Positions 50,271 to 59,643 of a stretch of DNA of 64,000 bases are shown here, piece by piece. The position numbers and the translations under genes are program-made. Source of the DNA: Patescibacteria group bacterium (GTDB taxonomy: Bacteria > Patescibacteriota > Patescibacteriia > 2-12-FULL-60-25); assembly GCA_038061235.1 (NCBI GenBank), contig JBBTZS010000002.1, forward strand, positions 4,672 through 68,671, in the 5' to 3' direction. The notes below the pieces were generated by a model. That model did not search any database. It saw only the letters and a program-made list of their open reading frames with translations, and was not told the DNA's origin. Numbering within the stretch: position 1 is the first letter of the stretch; each line of letters opens with the position of its first letter.

Positions 50271-51155
50271 TCAGATGTCGCGGGCCAGCCGCCGATCAAT
50301 GGCCGTCTGGTCGTAGATTCCCGAAGGAACTATGAAACCGTGCGGGACGCGGACATTCGGCAGGAGAATGGTCCCCGCTCCGAGAACGGCATCCGCTCCG
50401 ATGGTGCAGCCATCCCCGATGACACAGCCCATCTTGGGTCGCTTGAGACGGATCATGCGGCCGAAGGCGCTCTCGCGCGCCTCCATAACCTCGATGATCG
50501 CACCGTTCAAGCCCACGCGGTGTAAAAGCTTGGCTCCGGACATGATGTACACGCCGCGACCGATGAGCGAATCCTTGACCACGGCCAGGTCATCGACCTG
50601 CGAGTCGTCACCCATAACGGAGCGCGTGAAAACGGAGCTCGTGTTGAGCAACGTCCGCGCGCCCAGATGCGAGGGTCCGATGATCTTGGCCGACGCGCGA
50701 ATCGTGCATCGGTGTCCCGCGTAGAGCGGGCCGTGGATGACGGATCGATGATCGAAATTCGACTCGAAGCCGCCGAAAAACGCCACGGAACCGAACGTGA
50801 GGAGATCGGGATGGGTGGGGCCCGTCATCCGACGCTTGTTGCGAAAATCGTCCGCGTCCGCGATGCCCAGACGTGAGTGGACCTCCGGATCGAATGCCGT
50901 GAGCAACATGTGTGCCTCGACGCCCTTCACGGGCTGGAAGCGCATGGAGGGCATCGTACCGGTCAGATCGTCGTCGCCGAGGCGTTTCTGGAAGTCGGAG
51001 TACAGCGTCTTCGCCTTCGGCATGTCCGCCTCACCCGAGGCATCGACGGGATACCAATAGTCGTACGGGGATGTGAGCGCGTCGAGAAACGCGGCGTGCA
51101 CCGGATGCGGATTCCGGAACAGCTCGGTCAGATTGGGAAGGGTCGGCTCGTCCAT
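50271..51155 (-). CDS. Left-handed beta-helix (hexapeptide-repeat) protein
   Basis: The C-terminal half has hexapeptide-like repeats (IGDGCTIGADAVLGAGTILLPNVRV). Confidence 0.55.
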   Translation of the reverse strand: MDEPTLPNLTELFRNPHPVHAAFLDALTSPYDYWYPVDASGEADMPKAKTLYSDFQKRLGDDDLTGTMPSMRFQPVKGVEAHMLLTAFDPEVHSRLGIADADDFRNKRRMTGPTHPDLLTFGSVAFFGGFESNFDHRSVIHGPLYAGHRCTIRASAKIIGPSHLGARTLLNTSSVFTRSVMGDDSQVDDLAVVKDSLIGRGVYIMSGAKLLHRVGLNGAIIEVMEARESAFGRMIRLKRPKMGCVIGDGCTIGADAVLGAGTILLPNVRVPHGFIVPSGIYDQTAIDRRLARDI

Positions 51156-51215
51156 GTACGCCTCCTTGGCATAGAGGAAGATGACGGTGTTCGCACTTAA
51201 ACAGATGACCCCGAT

Positions 51216-51872
51216 TTAGACAAGAGCCGGACGTTCATCCGCAACGAGCCGTCGGAAACGAAAACTGCGAATCGCGGCCGTATGCAAATTCATCGGCTTC
51301 AACAATGAAAACAAACTATTTTGGATGAGAGGATGCTCCCATCCGACCAACCCCGCCTTGATCGATCCATGGATGACGGCCGAAAACCAAAGCGTCGTAT
51401 CCCAAAAGCAAAACGTATTCGTGATGCTCAGCGCACCTTTGCGAATGCGTTCCTCTATTTCGGTTGATAACGTCACTCCGATTGATGGAACATCCGCCTG
51501 ATTGAAGATGATTCGACGCACGGATGTCGGTAATTTCTCATGCGCAAGATACGCGAGAAATAAAAAGCATCCCATGGAATGACACACGATAAGTTCGGGC
51601 TCTTCCGCCATCAGGAACGCATGCAACTTGCGATAGGTATCGGGATCATTTGCGATCTTTTTTTCACGTCGATAGACATTCCATGTATAGAACGGGTTGA
51701 TCGACTGGAAAAAAGACGCGCTCTCTTTAATGTCCCATCGAAACGCCTTCGCCTGTCCCGACTCGATGTCCGGACGGAACGCCGAAAATCCCGCATCCGC
51801 TCCATATGCCGGACGAAAAATTGAGTAACCGATGCCTGTGGCAAATCCGTGAATCAAAACGATGCGTGACAT
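51216..51872 (-). CDS. Alpha/beta hydrolase
   Basis: ORF 51216-51971; start MSRIVLIHGF at 51872. Nucleophile elbow CHSMGC. Confidence 0.65.
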   Translation of the reverse strand: MSRIVLIHGFATGIGYSIFRPAYGADAGFSAFRPDIESGQAKAFRWDIKESASFFQSINPFYTWNVYRREKKIANDPDTYRKLHAFLMAEEPELIVCHSMGCFLFLAYLAHEKLPTSVRRIIFNQADVPSIGVTLSTEIEERIRKGALSITNTFCFWDTTLWFSAVIHGSIKAGLVGWEHPLIQNSLFSLLKPMNLHTAAIRSFRFRRLVADERPALV

Positions 51873-51915
51873 GTCGGATATCTCATCACAAATAGACAAG
51901 AAAGCAAAACACCCG

Positions 51916-52299
51916 TCACGTATTCCGCCGTTCCTCCCACTTCGTTTCGAGTCGGCGCGCATCCTCCTCATTAAAGCCGAAAAAATGCGCGACCTCGTGC
52001 CACACCGTATGGCGGATGATTCGCGCCGGATCCTCCCCAGTCGTCTCCGCCTCCTCTTCGATCACGTTACGAAAAATCGTGATCTTGTCCGGCAGCAGTC
52101 CCGTCGGATCGCCCGTGTACTCGGAACGCGGCACGCCTTCGTACAAGCCGAGACATTCGCCGTCGAATACGTCGTCCGTCGCGTTACGATCGGCCGTTTC
52201 TTCAACGACGAACGCCACGCCCTTGAGCTCCTCTCGGAACCGCTCGGGAATAGCCGCCAACGCTTCTGCGATATGTCGTTCGAATAGTTCGAGAGTCAT
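51916..52299 (-). CDS. Zincin-like metallopeptidase family protein (DUF1025-type)
   Basis: 127-aa ORF with the C-terminal HEVAHFFG motif. Confidence 0.7.
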   Translation of the reverse strand: MTLELFERHIAEALAAIPERFREELKGVAFVVEETADRNATDDVFDGECLGLYEGVPRSEYTGDPTGLLPDKITIFRNVIEEEAETTGEDPARIIRHTVWHEVAHFFGFNEEDARRLETKWEERRNT

Positions 52300-52351
52300 A
52301 TGCGTCGAGCTAACTATCTACCGTGATATCAAAATGATGGATGCCCCGCGC

Positions 52352-52417
52352 AAAACACGCGCTTCTTACCCGCCTAACTTCTTCGAAGAAGATGTTGGCG
52401 GGTTAGGCGCGTGTTTT
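52352..52417. repeat. Nested 66-nt hairpin sharing its outer stem with the 54729-54757 hairpin
   Basis: Outer stem AAAACACGCGC/GCGCGTGTTTT encloses inner stems ACCCGCC/GGCGGGT and TTCTTC/GAAGAA. Confidence 0.8.
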
Positions 52418-52487
52418 TTTCGAATGTTTTTTCAGCCAAGCGGCGACGTCGCCCATGGACTTCTTTTTTGTCGCAACAGCCAAAACA
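52414..52487. repeat. 74-bp direct repeat, copy 1 (orphan duplicate of the 3' end of doc)
   Basis: Identical by eye to 54094-54167, which encodes the last 24 codons of doc plus 8 nt of 3' flank. Confidence 0.9.
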
Positions 52488-52540
52488 CCTCCTTGCGTGC
52501 GGAGTCTATCTCAATGGAAAAGCGGGAAGATGACAAGACC

Positions 52541-53917
52541 TCAGAAATTGAGCTTCAACTCATTCTGACGATCGGCCGGTGAGGGCTGGACGAATAGCTT
52601 GGAACTAAAGTCTTGATCTCCTTGGAACTGGTTGGAAAATTCTTGGTCGAGCTCCATCAACCCTTGAAGCATATCCATGAACTCCTCACTGCCCGACTTG
52701 AGTGATTTCAATTCCTGATAGCTAGCTTCAATCTGACTCAAAATATCTTCCAAGACTGCGGTATCTTCTTTTTTCCGTTTCATGCTTTCAATCGTTTTTT
52801 TCGCCTGATTCAATCGCGCCTTGTATCGGTTCAAGTACATTTTCGCGTTGCGCATGACTTCCATGCGGCGCATGACGCTTTCCATGTCATCAAAACGCCC
52901 ATAGATGTCATCTTCCAGCACACCCTCCACGTCCTCGACATTCCCTTCCTTTAACAAGGCATCAATGGATGCGCGAGAAGTCTTGATCTGACCGAGGAGA
53001 GCGTCCCCTTCGTTAACGATTTCCTTCGCGTCTGCAGGAGGCGAGCGTTTGGCGCGAGTCCAACGACGATCCATGTTTTTGATGTCGCGGTCCAGTTTCT
53101 TCACGAGTTGCCGTGCGCGCAAAATCTGATCAACGGTCATGCGACATTCGTTTAACGTATCAAAAGAATCGCGCAAATCTTCGGTATTGGCATCCTGCAT
53201 CTGTTCCATGGTTTCGGCTTTTTCGGCCGTCGCCAATATCGCTCCGGCCGCGGTCATAGCGGTCTCACAATCAGCCGGGATGGGCGCTCCCTTCGCTTTT
53301 GCGCGATCAAACGTCTTCCGCATGGAAGTCAAACCGCGTTTCGCTTGGGTCAAGCTGCGCTTCATCTCTTTCAATTGTCGCTCTTCCATCTTTTTCCGTT
53401 CTTCTTCCTGCTTTTTCTGCATTTCTTCCCATTCTTGTTGTTGTTCTTCACTCCTCACGTTCTGATCTTGCCCGGGACGACCGTTCATTCCTTCAGGCGA
53501 ACCCTGTATCTGCGAGTTGTCGCGCTGTTCAAAAACAGCGCCATCCTGTGGAGACGTGATCACTTGCGGAGATCTAACTTCGCCCGGAATACCGCCCGTC
53601 TCGATCGGCGGTCCCATTTCTTGTCGAGGTTGTGCATCTACCGGTTGCGCATTTCCCAATGGACCGACCCCGTCTATACGAGGAATCAAGCCTTCGACTC
53701 TGGGAGCCGTGTTTACCGGACCCACGTCTCCGCTTGGCGGCGGGGCCTGCTCAACCGTCCGGAACTCCTCTTGCCCTTCTGACGCTACGGTCGGGAGGAT
53801 CAGCGGACGCGCCAAAACGCCCACGGTCATGGCCGCCAACGCGAGCACTCCGTGAGAAACGATGTGAAAAACGTGACTTCTAATGAACGAGAACATAATA
53901 AAAAGTAAATGGTACAA
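52541..53917 (-). CDS. Hypothetical membrane-anchored coiled-coil protein (458 aa)
   Basis: N-terminal hydrophobic segment, Gln/Pro-rich spacer, long charged heptad-like region. No family recognised. Confidence 0.6.
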   Translation of the reverse strand: MYHLLFIMFSFIRSHVFHIVSHGVLALAAMTVGVLARPLILPTVASEGQEEFRTVEQAPPPSGDVGPVNTAPRVEGLIPRIDGVGPLGNAQPVDAQPRQEMGPPIETGGIPGEVRSPQVITSPQDGAVFEQRDNSQIQGSPEGMNGRPGQDQNVRSEEQQQEWEEMQKKQEEERKKMEERQLKEMKRSLTQAKRGLTSMRKTFDRAKAKGAPIPADCETAMTAAGAILATAEKAETMEQMQDANTEDLRDSFDTLNECRMTVDQILRARQLVKKLDRDIKNMDRRWTRAKRSPPADAKEIVNEGDALLGQIKTSRASIDALLKEGNVEDVEGVLEDDIYGRFDDMESVMRRMEVMRNAKMYLNRYKARLNQAKKTIESMKRKKEDTAVLEDILSQIEASYQELKSLKSGSEEFMDMLQGLMELDQEFSNQFQGDQDFSSKLFVQPSPADRQNELKLNF

Positions 53918-54085
53918 ACTATTATAACAGTTTTTTCGAGGCCTGACAAATTTGCGTAATGCGAGGCAAAAATATCCATTTTTTTTGACATGCGACCCGT
54001 GGAATCTATTTATGTGGAGGCGGGTGTCTGATCCGTTAGGGGCTGCTGCGTGGGCGGCTCGATCTCGAAACGCAAAATTCCATCT

Positions 54086-54487
54086 TCATCTGATTTTTTT
54101 CGAATGTTTTTTCAGCCAAGCGGCGACGTCGCCCATGGACTTCTTTTTTGTCGCAACAGCCAAAACAAAGGTTACAACCTTCGGATTCGATATGATCAAA
54201 TCATGTCCATTCAGCCCCAAAAAAGCAGCCGTTGCCAAAAACGACGTCCGTTTATTGCCGTCCGCAAAGACATGATAGGTTGCGAGGCCCTCTAAATACG
54301 CTGCCGCCTTGCTAAAAACATCCGGATAAAACTCCTGTCCCATCATCGACATTTTTGGACGTTCGGCGATTGAATAGAGCAAACCAAAATCACGAACTCC
54401 TAACACGCCTCCTCGCTTCTCGATTTCGAGGTCATGAATTGTCAAAATCTCTTCCGCAACCAAATAGCGCACACTAGGAGGATGCAA
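54086..54487 (-). CDS. doc: Doc (death-on-curing, Fic-fold) toxin
   Basis: 133-aa ORF with the Fic/Doc motif HVFADGNKRT. Overlaps the antitoxin stop. Confidence 0.88.
   Translation of the reverse strand: MHPPSVRYLVAEEILTIHDLEIEKRGGVLGVRDFGLLYSIAERPKMSMMGQEFYPDVFSKAAAYLEGLATYHVFADGNKRTSFLATAAFLGLNGHDLIISNPKVVTFVLAVATKKKSMGDVAAWLKKHSKKIR
54094..54167. repeat. 74-bp direct repeat, copy 2 (within the doc 3' end)
   Basis: See 52414-52487. Confidence 0.9.
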
Positions 54488-54695
54488 GTCTCTTCAACGC
54501 CGGCTCATAGCGTTTCATCAATTTTTCCGCCCACTCCAAAAGAGCCGGATCAACGGCGTGCTTCTTTGAGGAGCGCCCCTTCTTGAATACCTCGATCTCG
54601 ACCATGTCGCCAATCTTGAGGCGCTGCGCTTTCATAGCCTCCGCCGGAATCAGCACCGCGGCCGATGTCCCGACTTTAATGAGTTTACGCTGCAT
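54474..54695 (-). CDS. AbrB/MazE/SpoVT-type antitoxin
   Basis: ORF 54474-54725; ATG at 54695. MQRKLIKVGTSAAVLIPAEAMKAQRLKIGDMVEIE is a SpoVT-AbrB swapped-hairpin motif. Confidence 0.8.
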   Translation of the reverse strand: MQRKLIKVGTSAAVLIPAEAMKAQRLKIGDMVEIEVFKKGRSSKKHAVDPALLEWAEKLMKRYEPALKRLASS

Positions 54696-54728
54696 AATAA
54701 TGGCATTATAACATAGCTCACTCAAGAA

Positions 54729-54757
54729 CGCAAAACACGCGCTTTAGGCGCGTGTTT
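54729..54757 (-). terminator. Hairpin terminator, probably the original 23S-5S operon terminator now displaced by the island
   Basis: Minus strand: orphan 5S 3' fragment, then CAAAACACGCGCC-TAAA-GCGCGTGTTTTG. Confidence 0.6.
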
Positions 54758-54948
54758 TGCAGATCCGGCAGCGGGCTACTCTTCCGAGCTGAGTGAACGC
54801 TTCAGGGTTCGTCCGGACCCTCGGGGCGCCAACCTCAGCGAAGAACTCACCGTGAACGTTCCCTCGTGGATCCGCACGCTCCCTGCTATTCATCAACCCC
54901 GGGCAATCGGCGGGCAAGGGAGCAATCTCTGCGACTACCCCGGCCATC

Positions 54949-55419
54949 TTATGTGATCGTGTCACTTAGGTCACGACGCCGCCGAATCCTCACATGGACG
55001 CCCAACCATGCCTCAATGAAGACTAGCTTCTGATAGGTATTGGGATCCCGATTCTTGCGTGCCTTTGTGTAGTATAGCACGTACAGAACCTCTTCCAGGC
55101 GCGCCAATGCGGAGGGGAGGGTCTCCTCTGTCTCATTAGCGTAGGTAACAAACACCAAGTGTGAGTCATATTCTGATCGACCATGTTTGGCATTTATCCA
55201 AACGCCGTGACACGCAGGCTGCAAATCGGGAGCCGTGGCTCCGGCCTCATAACTCGGCCACCACTCAGGCGACGGTGCATTTCGATGGCCAAATATCGAC
55301 GCATCCGGATAGTCTTGCAGGAGCAGACGCAGGGCCTCCGATCCGGCCTCGACCTGACTCGCCGTAGCAAAGGGGAGAAAGACCGCGAGTCGCATTCTTG
55401 TGGCAGCTTCGATGGGCAC
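54949..55419 (-). CDS. Hypothetical protein (156 aa), island cargo
   Basis: Long ORF 58 nt downstream of 55477-56700 on the same strand. No family recognised. Confidence 0.5.
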   Translation of the reverse strand: MPIEAATRMRLAVFLPFATASQVEAGSEALRLLLQDYPDASIFGHRNAPSPEWWPSYEAGATAPDLQPACHGVWINAKHGRSEYDSHLVFVTYANETEETLPSALARLEEVLYVLYYTKARKNRDPNTYQKLVFIEAWLGVHVRIRRRRDLSDTIT

Positions 55420-55476
55420 TGTACCTCGATTCTGCAGGCAGCAAGAAAACCCACCGGATGGGCCGATGGGATCGAG

Positions 55477-56700
55477 CTAGCCAGACTTGAGCACGCCGCT
55501 CCTCTGATGAATCTCCACTCGCTCGACATAGTGGCGAGAAAGTCGGGATATCAGCGCGGCGTATGACCTGTCGGGATTGATAACGAATCCATCCGCATCC
55601 CGCTGAATCGGTGGGGGGCGGAGAGCGGTGAGATCGCCTTGAAGAAAGCGTCGCACGTCTTCAATCACCTCGGGCGGATGCCCTAGAGTGACCTCAGCAA
55701 ACAAGTCCTCATGGCGTTCAATGGCATCGTCTTCATGTAGCATTGGCTCAGCGGGCGCCGGAGGATCGAGATTAGAAAGTGCGACTGTTATCGCGTCCGA
55801 GCGCCCCTGGGCGTGCCCAGTTCCCTCACCCGCTTCCGCTTCAACCTGGTGTTTCGACTCGCGAATTGAGCGAGTCAAGGGGGGCTCGGACGTGTCATCG
55901 TGGTACGATGGAGCCGCAAACCACGCGAATGCTACCGTCTTGTGTCGCGCCCAATCGATGTGTATCTCGGAGACATCGCGGAGTTCGTCATCGCATCGGT
56001 CAAGTTCCTCCGGGCTGCTCTTGAGCCAGGTCCGAACGAGTTCCGACCGCCCCAACTTCTCCGAAGCAAGTTCAGCCGCCTCTGCGGCGACCGCCGCGCG
56101 CAGGGGGCGAAACCCATCGCGAGCCACGCGGGACAGCAGAGACTGCGCGTTGTGCTCCACGCGACGGGATCGATGGACCTCGTCGAAGAGTCGGAACGGG
56201 ACAAGTTTCGATAGAGCGCGTGGCGAGCGCAGCTCAAGCTCTGTCTGTATGCCCGCAGGGGAATCATTGTCCGGAATGATACTCTTGTCAACATAGTCCA
56301 TCAACGCCGGGTCATCGGGGAGACCTAGCCGCTTGACGGAGTCGCGCAATGCGAGCCAGCGCTGTTGGGTAAACCCGTGGCGTCGGAACCACACCGATGC
56401 CGACGTGGTAACTTCGCGCGCCCTGTCTAGGTCACGCATAAATGGGGATTGAATGACGCCACTGGCGACGAGATCATTCGTGTAGATGGCGCGCAACCGA
56501 AGAAACGCCGCCACGTACCAGGCATCAAGGTTCACAGCATCAATCGGATCCCCCATCAGGAGCTCGGTTTGTTGCGGCAGGGCATTCACAAACGAGCTCC
56601 GCCGTAGATGACGCCCGAATGCCCGGAGCCAAACAGATTGAGTGCTGCGACTCTTATTGATTCGATGGAGAGTCTCTGCGAGTATTGCGGTTCCCGCCAC
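55477..56700 (-). CDS. Hypothetical protein (407 aa), island cargo
   Basis: Longest ORF in the island, soluble-looking. No family recognised. Confidence 0.55.
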   Translation of the reverse strand: MAGTAILAETLHRINKSRSTQSVWLRAFGRHLRRSSFVNALPQQTELLMGDPIDAVNLDAWYVAAFLRLRAIYTNDLVASGVIQSPFMRDLDRAREVTTSASVWFRRHGFTQQRWLALRDSVKRLGLPDDPALMDYVDKSIIPDNDSPAGIQTELELRSPRALSKLVPFRLFDEVHRSRRVEHNAQSLLSRVARDGFRPLRAAVAAEAAELASEKLGRSELVRTWLKSSPEELDRCDDELRDVSEIHIDWARHKTVAFAWFAAPSYHDDTSEPPLTRSIRESKHQVEAEAGEGTGHAQGRSDAITVALSNLDPPAPAEPMLHEDDAIERHEDLFAEVTLGHPPEVIEDVRRFLQGDLTALRPPPIQRDADGFVINPDRSYAALISRLSRHYVERVEIHQRSGVLKSG

Positions 56701-57270
56701 ATCGCCGGTGGCCTTGGGACCGGTGATGACACCTCAAGGCCCGCGGGCGCCCGCGGCGCCCCGCGGCTCATAATCGACGTTCTTCCGCGTATTTAGGTCA
56801 TCGATCGTGCGGTTTCGGGCGTCGTACTGCCAGACCCACGCAGGTATTCGCTCCGTCCTCGTCGCAAACGAAACGCCGCCCTGGAGGCGGCGAGGAAGAG
56901 TGCGTGCCCGACGGTCTCGGTACGGATAGCGCCGAACCGAGCAAGCGTCAGCGGGGGTCCACGGAGTTGAAAACATGGACCCCTCAAGAACGGTCCCGTC
57001 GGCCACGCCGACGGCGGGCGAGACGCATGGAACGGGCTCGTCCTCAAAGCGTGATCTCGTCTCGACTGCGGCGAGGCCCACGAGCCTCGAACGAACAGAT
57101 CCAGTCAAGTTGACGGAAGCACCCAGCGTAGGACGCCGGTGCCGAACCTGTCAAGATACCTGTCACAAGCGAGAAGAAGATGAAGTTGCGCCGGCAAGCC
57201 TCGGAGTTCTCGCGCGCGCGGCCATTGGTGGCTGTGAACTCTCGCGCGAGAGGCTCTTTCGCGCGCTACC

Positions 57271-57714
57271 GTGATGGATGTCTTTACGAGACAGATCGTT
57301 GGGTGGCATGTGTCCACGCATCACTCGGTCGAGTTGGTTCAAGAGGCTCTACGGATGGCGCTTGGCAAGCGTTCAAAAGCTCCGGTGATCTTCCATTCGG
57401 ATCATGGAAGCGAATACATCAGTGCGGAGTATGTGTCGAAACTGAAGGCGCACGACATCAAGCCGTCCAACAGCGCCAAGGGCAAGCCCTGGCAAAATGC
57501 GTTCGTGGAATCCTTCAACTATCGCTTCAAGGAAGAGCTGGGTGATCCGAATCGCTTTGAGGCATTCGACATGCTCTTCCAAGAGCTCTGCTCCAAGTTC
57601 ACCGAGTACAACGCCGGGAGAATCCACAGTGCGCTCAAGATGTCTCCTGACGCGTTCCACGAAATGAAGACGCGGGAACTGGAGCGATTCACAAACGTGT
57701 CAAAAGCTGCCTAA
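57271..57714 (+). pseudogene. IS3-family transposase remnant (C-terminal part of the DDE/rve domain)
   Basis: VMDVFTRQIVGWHVS..IFHSDHGSEY..AKGKPWQNAFVESFN..EL is an rve core. An in-frame stop lies at 57235-57237, and there is no orfA, N-terminal part or inverted repeats. Confidence 0.8.
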
Positions 57715-57749
57715 AATCGTGGTGCTGAAAGTGTCTAAAAAAAGGTGGT

Positions 57750-58334
57750 CTTGCCACCCTTGCGGAGGTACGCGACGCCCTAAAGGTCGCCGACGAGCCA
57801 TGGCGTACCATGGTCCTCCTCGCGACGTTTGCCGGGCTCCGCTTCGGAGAGCTCGTGGCCCTTCAGTGGGATGCGGTCCACGCGGAAGGGTCGTTCCCTC
57901 ACCTCCGCGTTCACCGGACGCTCGTCGACGGCGTCGAGGGGACACCGAAGAACCACCGAGCTCGAACAATCCCGCTTCCCGCACCCGTCGCGGAGGTTCT
58001 GCGAAACCGTTCTCGCGATGCCGACGGCACGTGGCTCTTCACCAGGTACGGAGGTCCCATCACCCACAAGATGGCGGACAACGCCTTGAAGGCGATCTGC
58101 AAGCGTCTCGGACGAGAGAAGTTCGGCTGGCACACGCTCCGTCACACGTACGCTACGTGGCTCGTCCAGTCGGCTGCCTCGCTCCATCATGTCGGAATGC
58201 TCCTCGGCCACTCGAGCGAGAAGGTGACGAGGGTCTACATCCATCTTCGCCCCGAGTACCTCCAGTCGACCGTCGCCAAACTCGACACGGAGTTCGCAGC
58301 TCTCGGGCAATATACGGGCAAGACAAGCGCCTGA
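57750..58334 (+). pseudogene. 5'-truncated tyrosine integrase (catalytic domain only)
   Basis: LLATFAGLRFGELVALQW..HTLRHTYATWLV..LGHSSEKVTRVYIHL. The frame opens only at 57729, directly after the IS3 remnant. The N-terminal DNA-binding domain is absent. Confidence 0.8.
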
Positions 58335-58349
58335 ACCGCCTCGCCAAAC

Positions 58350-58374
58350 AAAAAAACCGCCAAGGTTGGCGGTT
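58350..58374 (-). terminator. Rho-independent terminator now following the 5S gene (supplied by the island)
   Basis: Minus strand: ACCGCC-AACCTT-GGCGGT followed by TTTTTT, 10 nt after the 5S 3' end. Confidence 0.7.
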
Positions 58375-58384
58375 CTCTGATGGT

Positions 58385-58500
<116 letters not shown>

Positions 58501-58509
58501 CTTTTGGGC

Positions 58510-58602
58510 CAAAGAGCAGTTTGCAAAGAGCAAAGAGCAGCTTTGGAACAGAAGTCGATGGCCGAGAACTGCTCTTTGTTCTTTGAGAGCTGTTCTCTGC
58601 TA
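58510..58602. repeat. AAGAGCA/TGCTCTT heptamer hairpin element in the 23S-5S spacer
   Basis: CAAAGAGCAGTTTGCAAAGAGCAAAGAGCAG-28 nt-CTGCTCTTTGTTCTTTGAG.. Confidence 0.8.
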
Positions 58603-58983
58603 TCGGATCCAATCGTTATACGTGCAAGGCATACTGTACATTCACTAGCTTCACGAGCCATGACAACGCACGAGAACTTTCTTATGTGCGCCGTCCGGTT
58701 TTTACCCGGATGGCTGAAGCATTGGACGATTAGTATGGCTCGGCTAAAGACCTCTCGGTCTGTACACCTACCACCTATCAACCTCCTGTTCTCGGAGGGT
58801 CCTATGACGAAGGTTCATCTTGAGGACGGCTTCACGCTTAGATGCTTTCAGCGTTTATCCGTGCCGAACGTAGCTACCCGGCGGTGCTCCTGGTGGAACA
58901 GCCGGTGCACTAGAGGTTCGTTGTTCCCGGTCCTCTCGTACTAAGGAACAGCCCTCTCAACCTTCCGCGCGCGCAGTAGACAG

Positions 58984-59079
<96 letters not shown>

Positions 59080-59643
59080 CGATGGGCCGACATCGAGGTG
59101 CCAAACCTGGTCGTCGATGTGGACTCTTGGACCAGATCAGCCTGTTATCCCCGGAGTAGCTTTTATCCGTTGAGCTTCCGCCGTCCGATATCGTACGGTC
59201 GGATCACTATGTCCTACTTTCGTATCTGCTCGACTTGTTGGTCTTGCAGTGAAGCCAGCTTTTCCCATTGCGGAACCAGCGCGATTTCCATCCGCGCCTA
59301 GCTGACCTTTGTGAACGCCTCCGTTACATTTTAGGAGGCAACCGCCCCAGTTAAACTACCCACCAGCTACTGTTTCACGATCCGGATTCACGGACCGTGA
59401 TGAGAATACCGTCAGGGCAAGGGTGGTGTCTCATTGGCGCCCGAAGGCTCCCACCTACGCTGAACATGCCAAGCCGGTACCCAATAACAAGTTGTAGTAA
59501 AGCTTCACGGGGTCTTTTCGTCTGACTGCGCGTACAGGGCATCTTCACCCCACTTGCAATTTCGCCGAGTCCCATGTTGAGACAGTCGCTCTCTCGTTAT
59601 GCCATTCGTGCGGGACGGAACTCACCCGTCAAGGAATTTCGCT

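Noticed and set aside
54786-54948. Possible structured RNA (second 5S, SRP RNA or 6S-like) next to the distal 22-bp repeat.
   Set aside because: Only the 22-nt repeat matches 5S. The upstream 160 nt lack the CCGAAC/loop C-loop E 5S signatures and the SRP GGUCCGGAAGGAAGCAGC-type motif, and show no end-to-end pairing. More simply it is the island's arm region.
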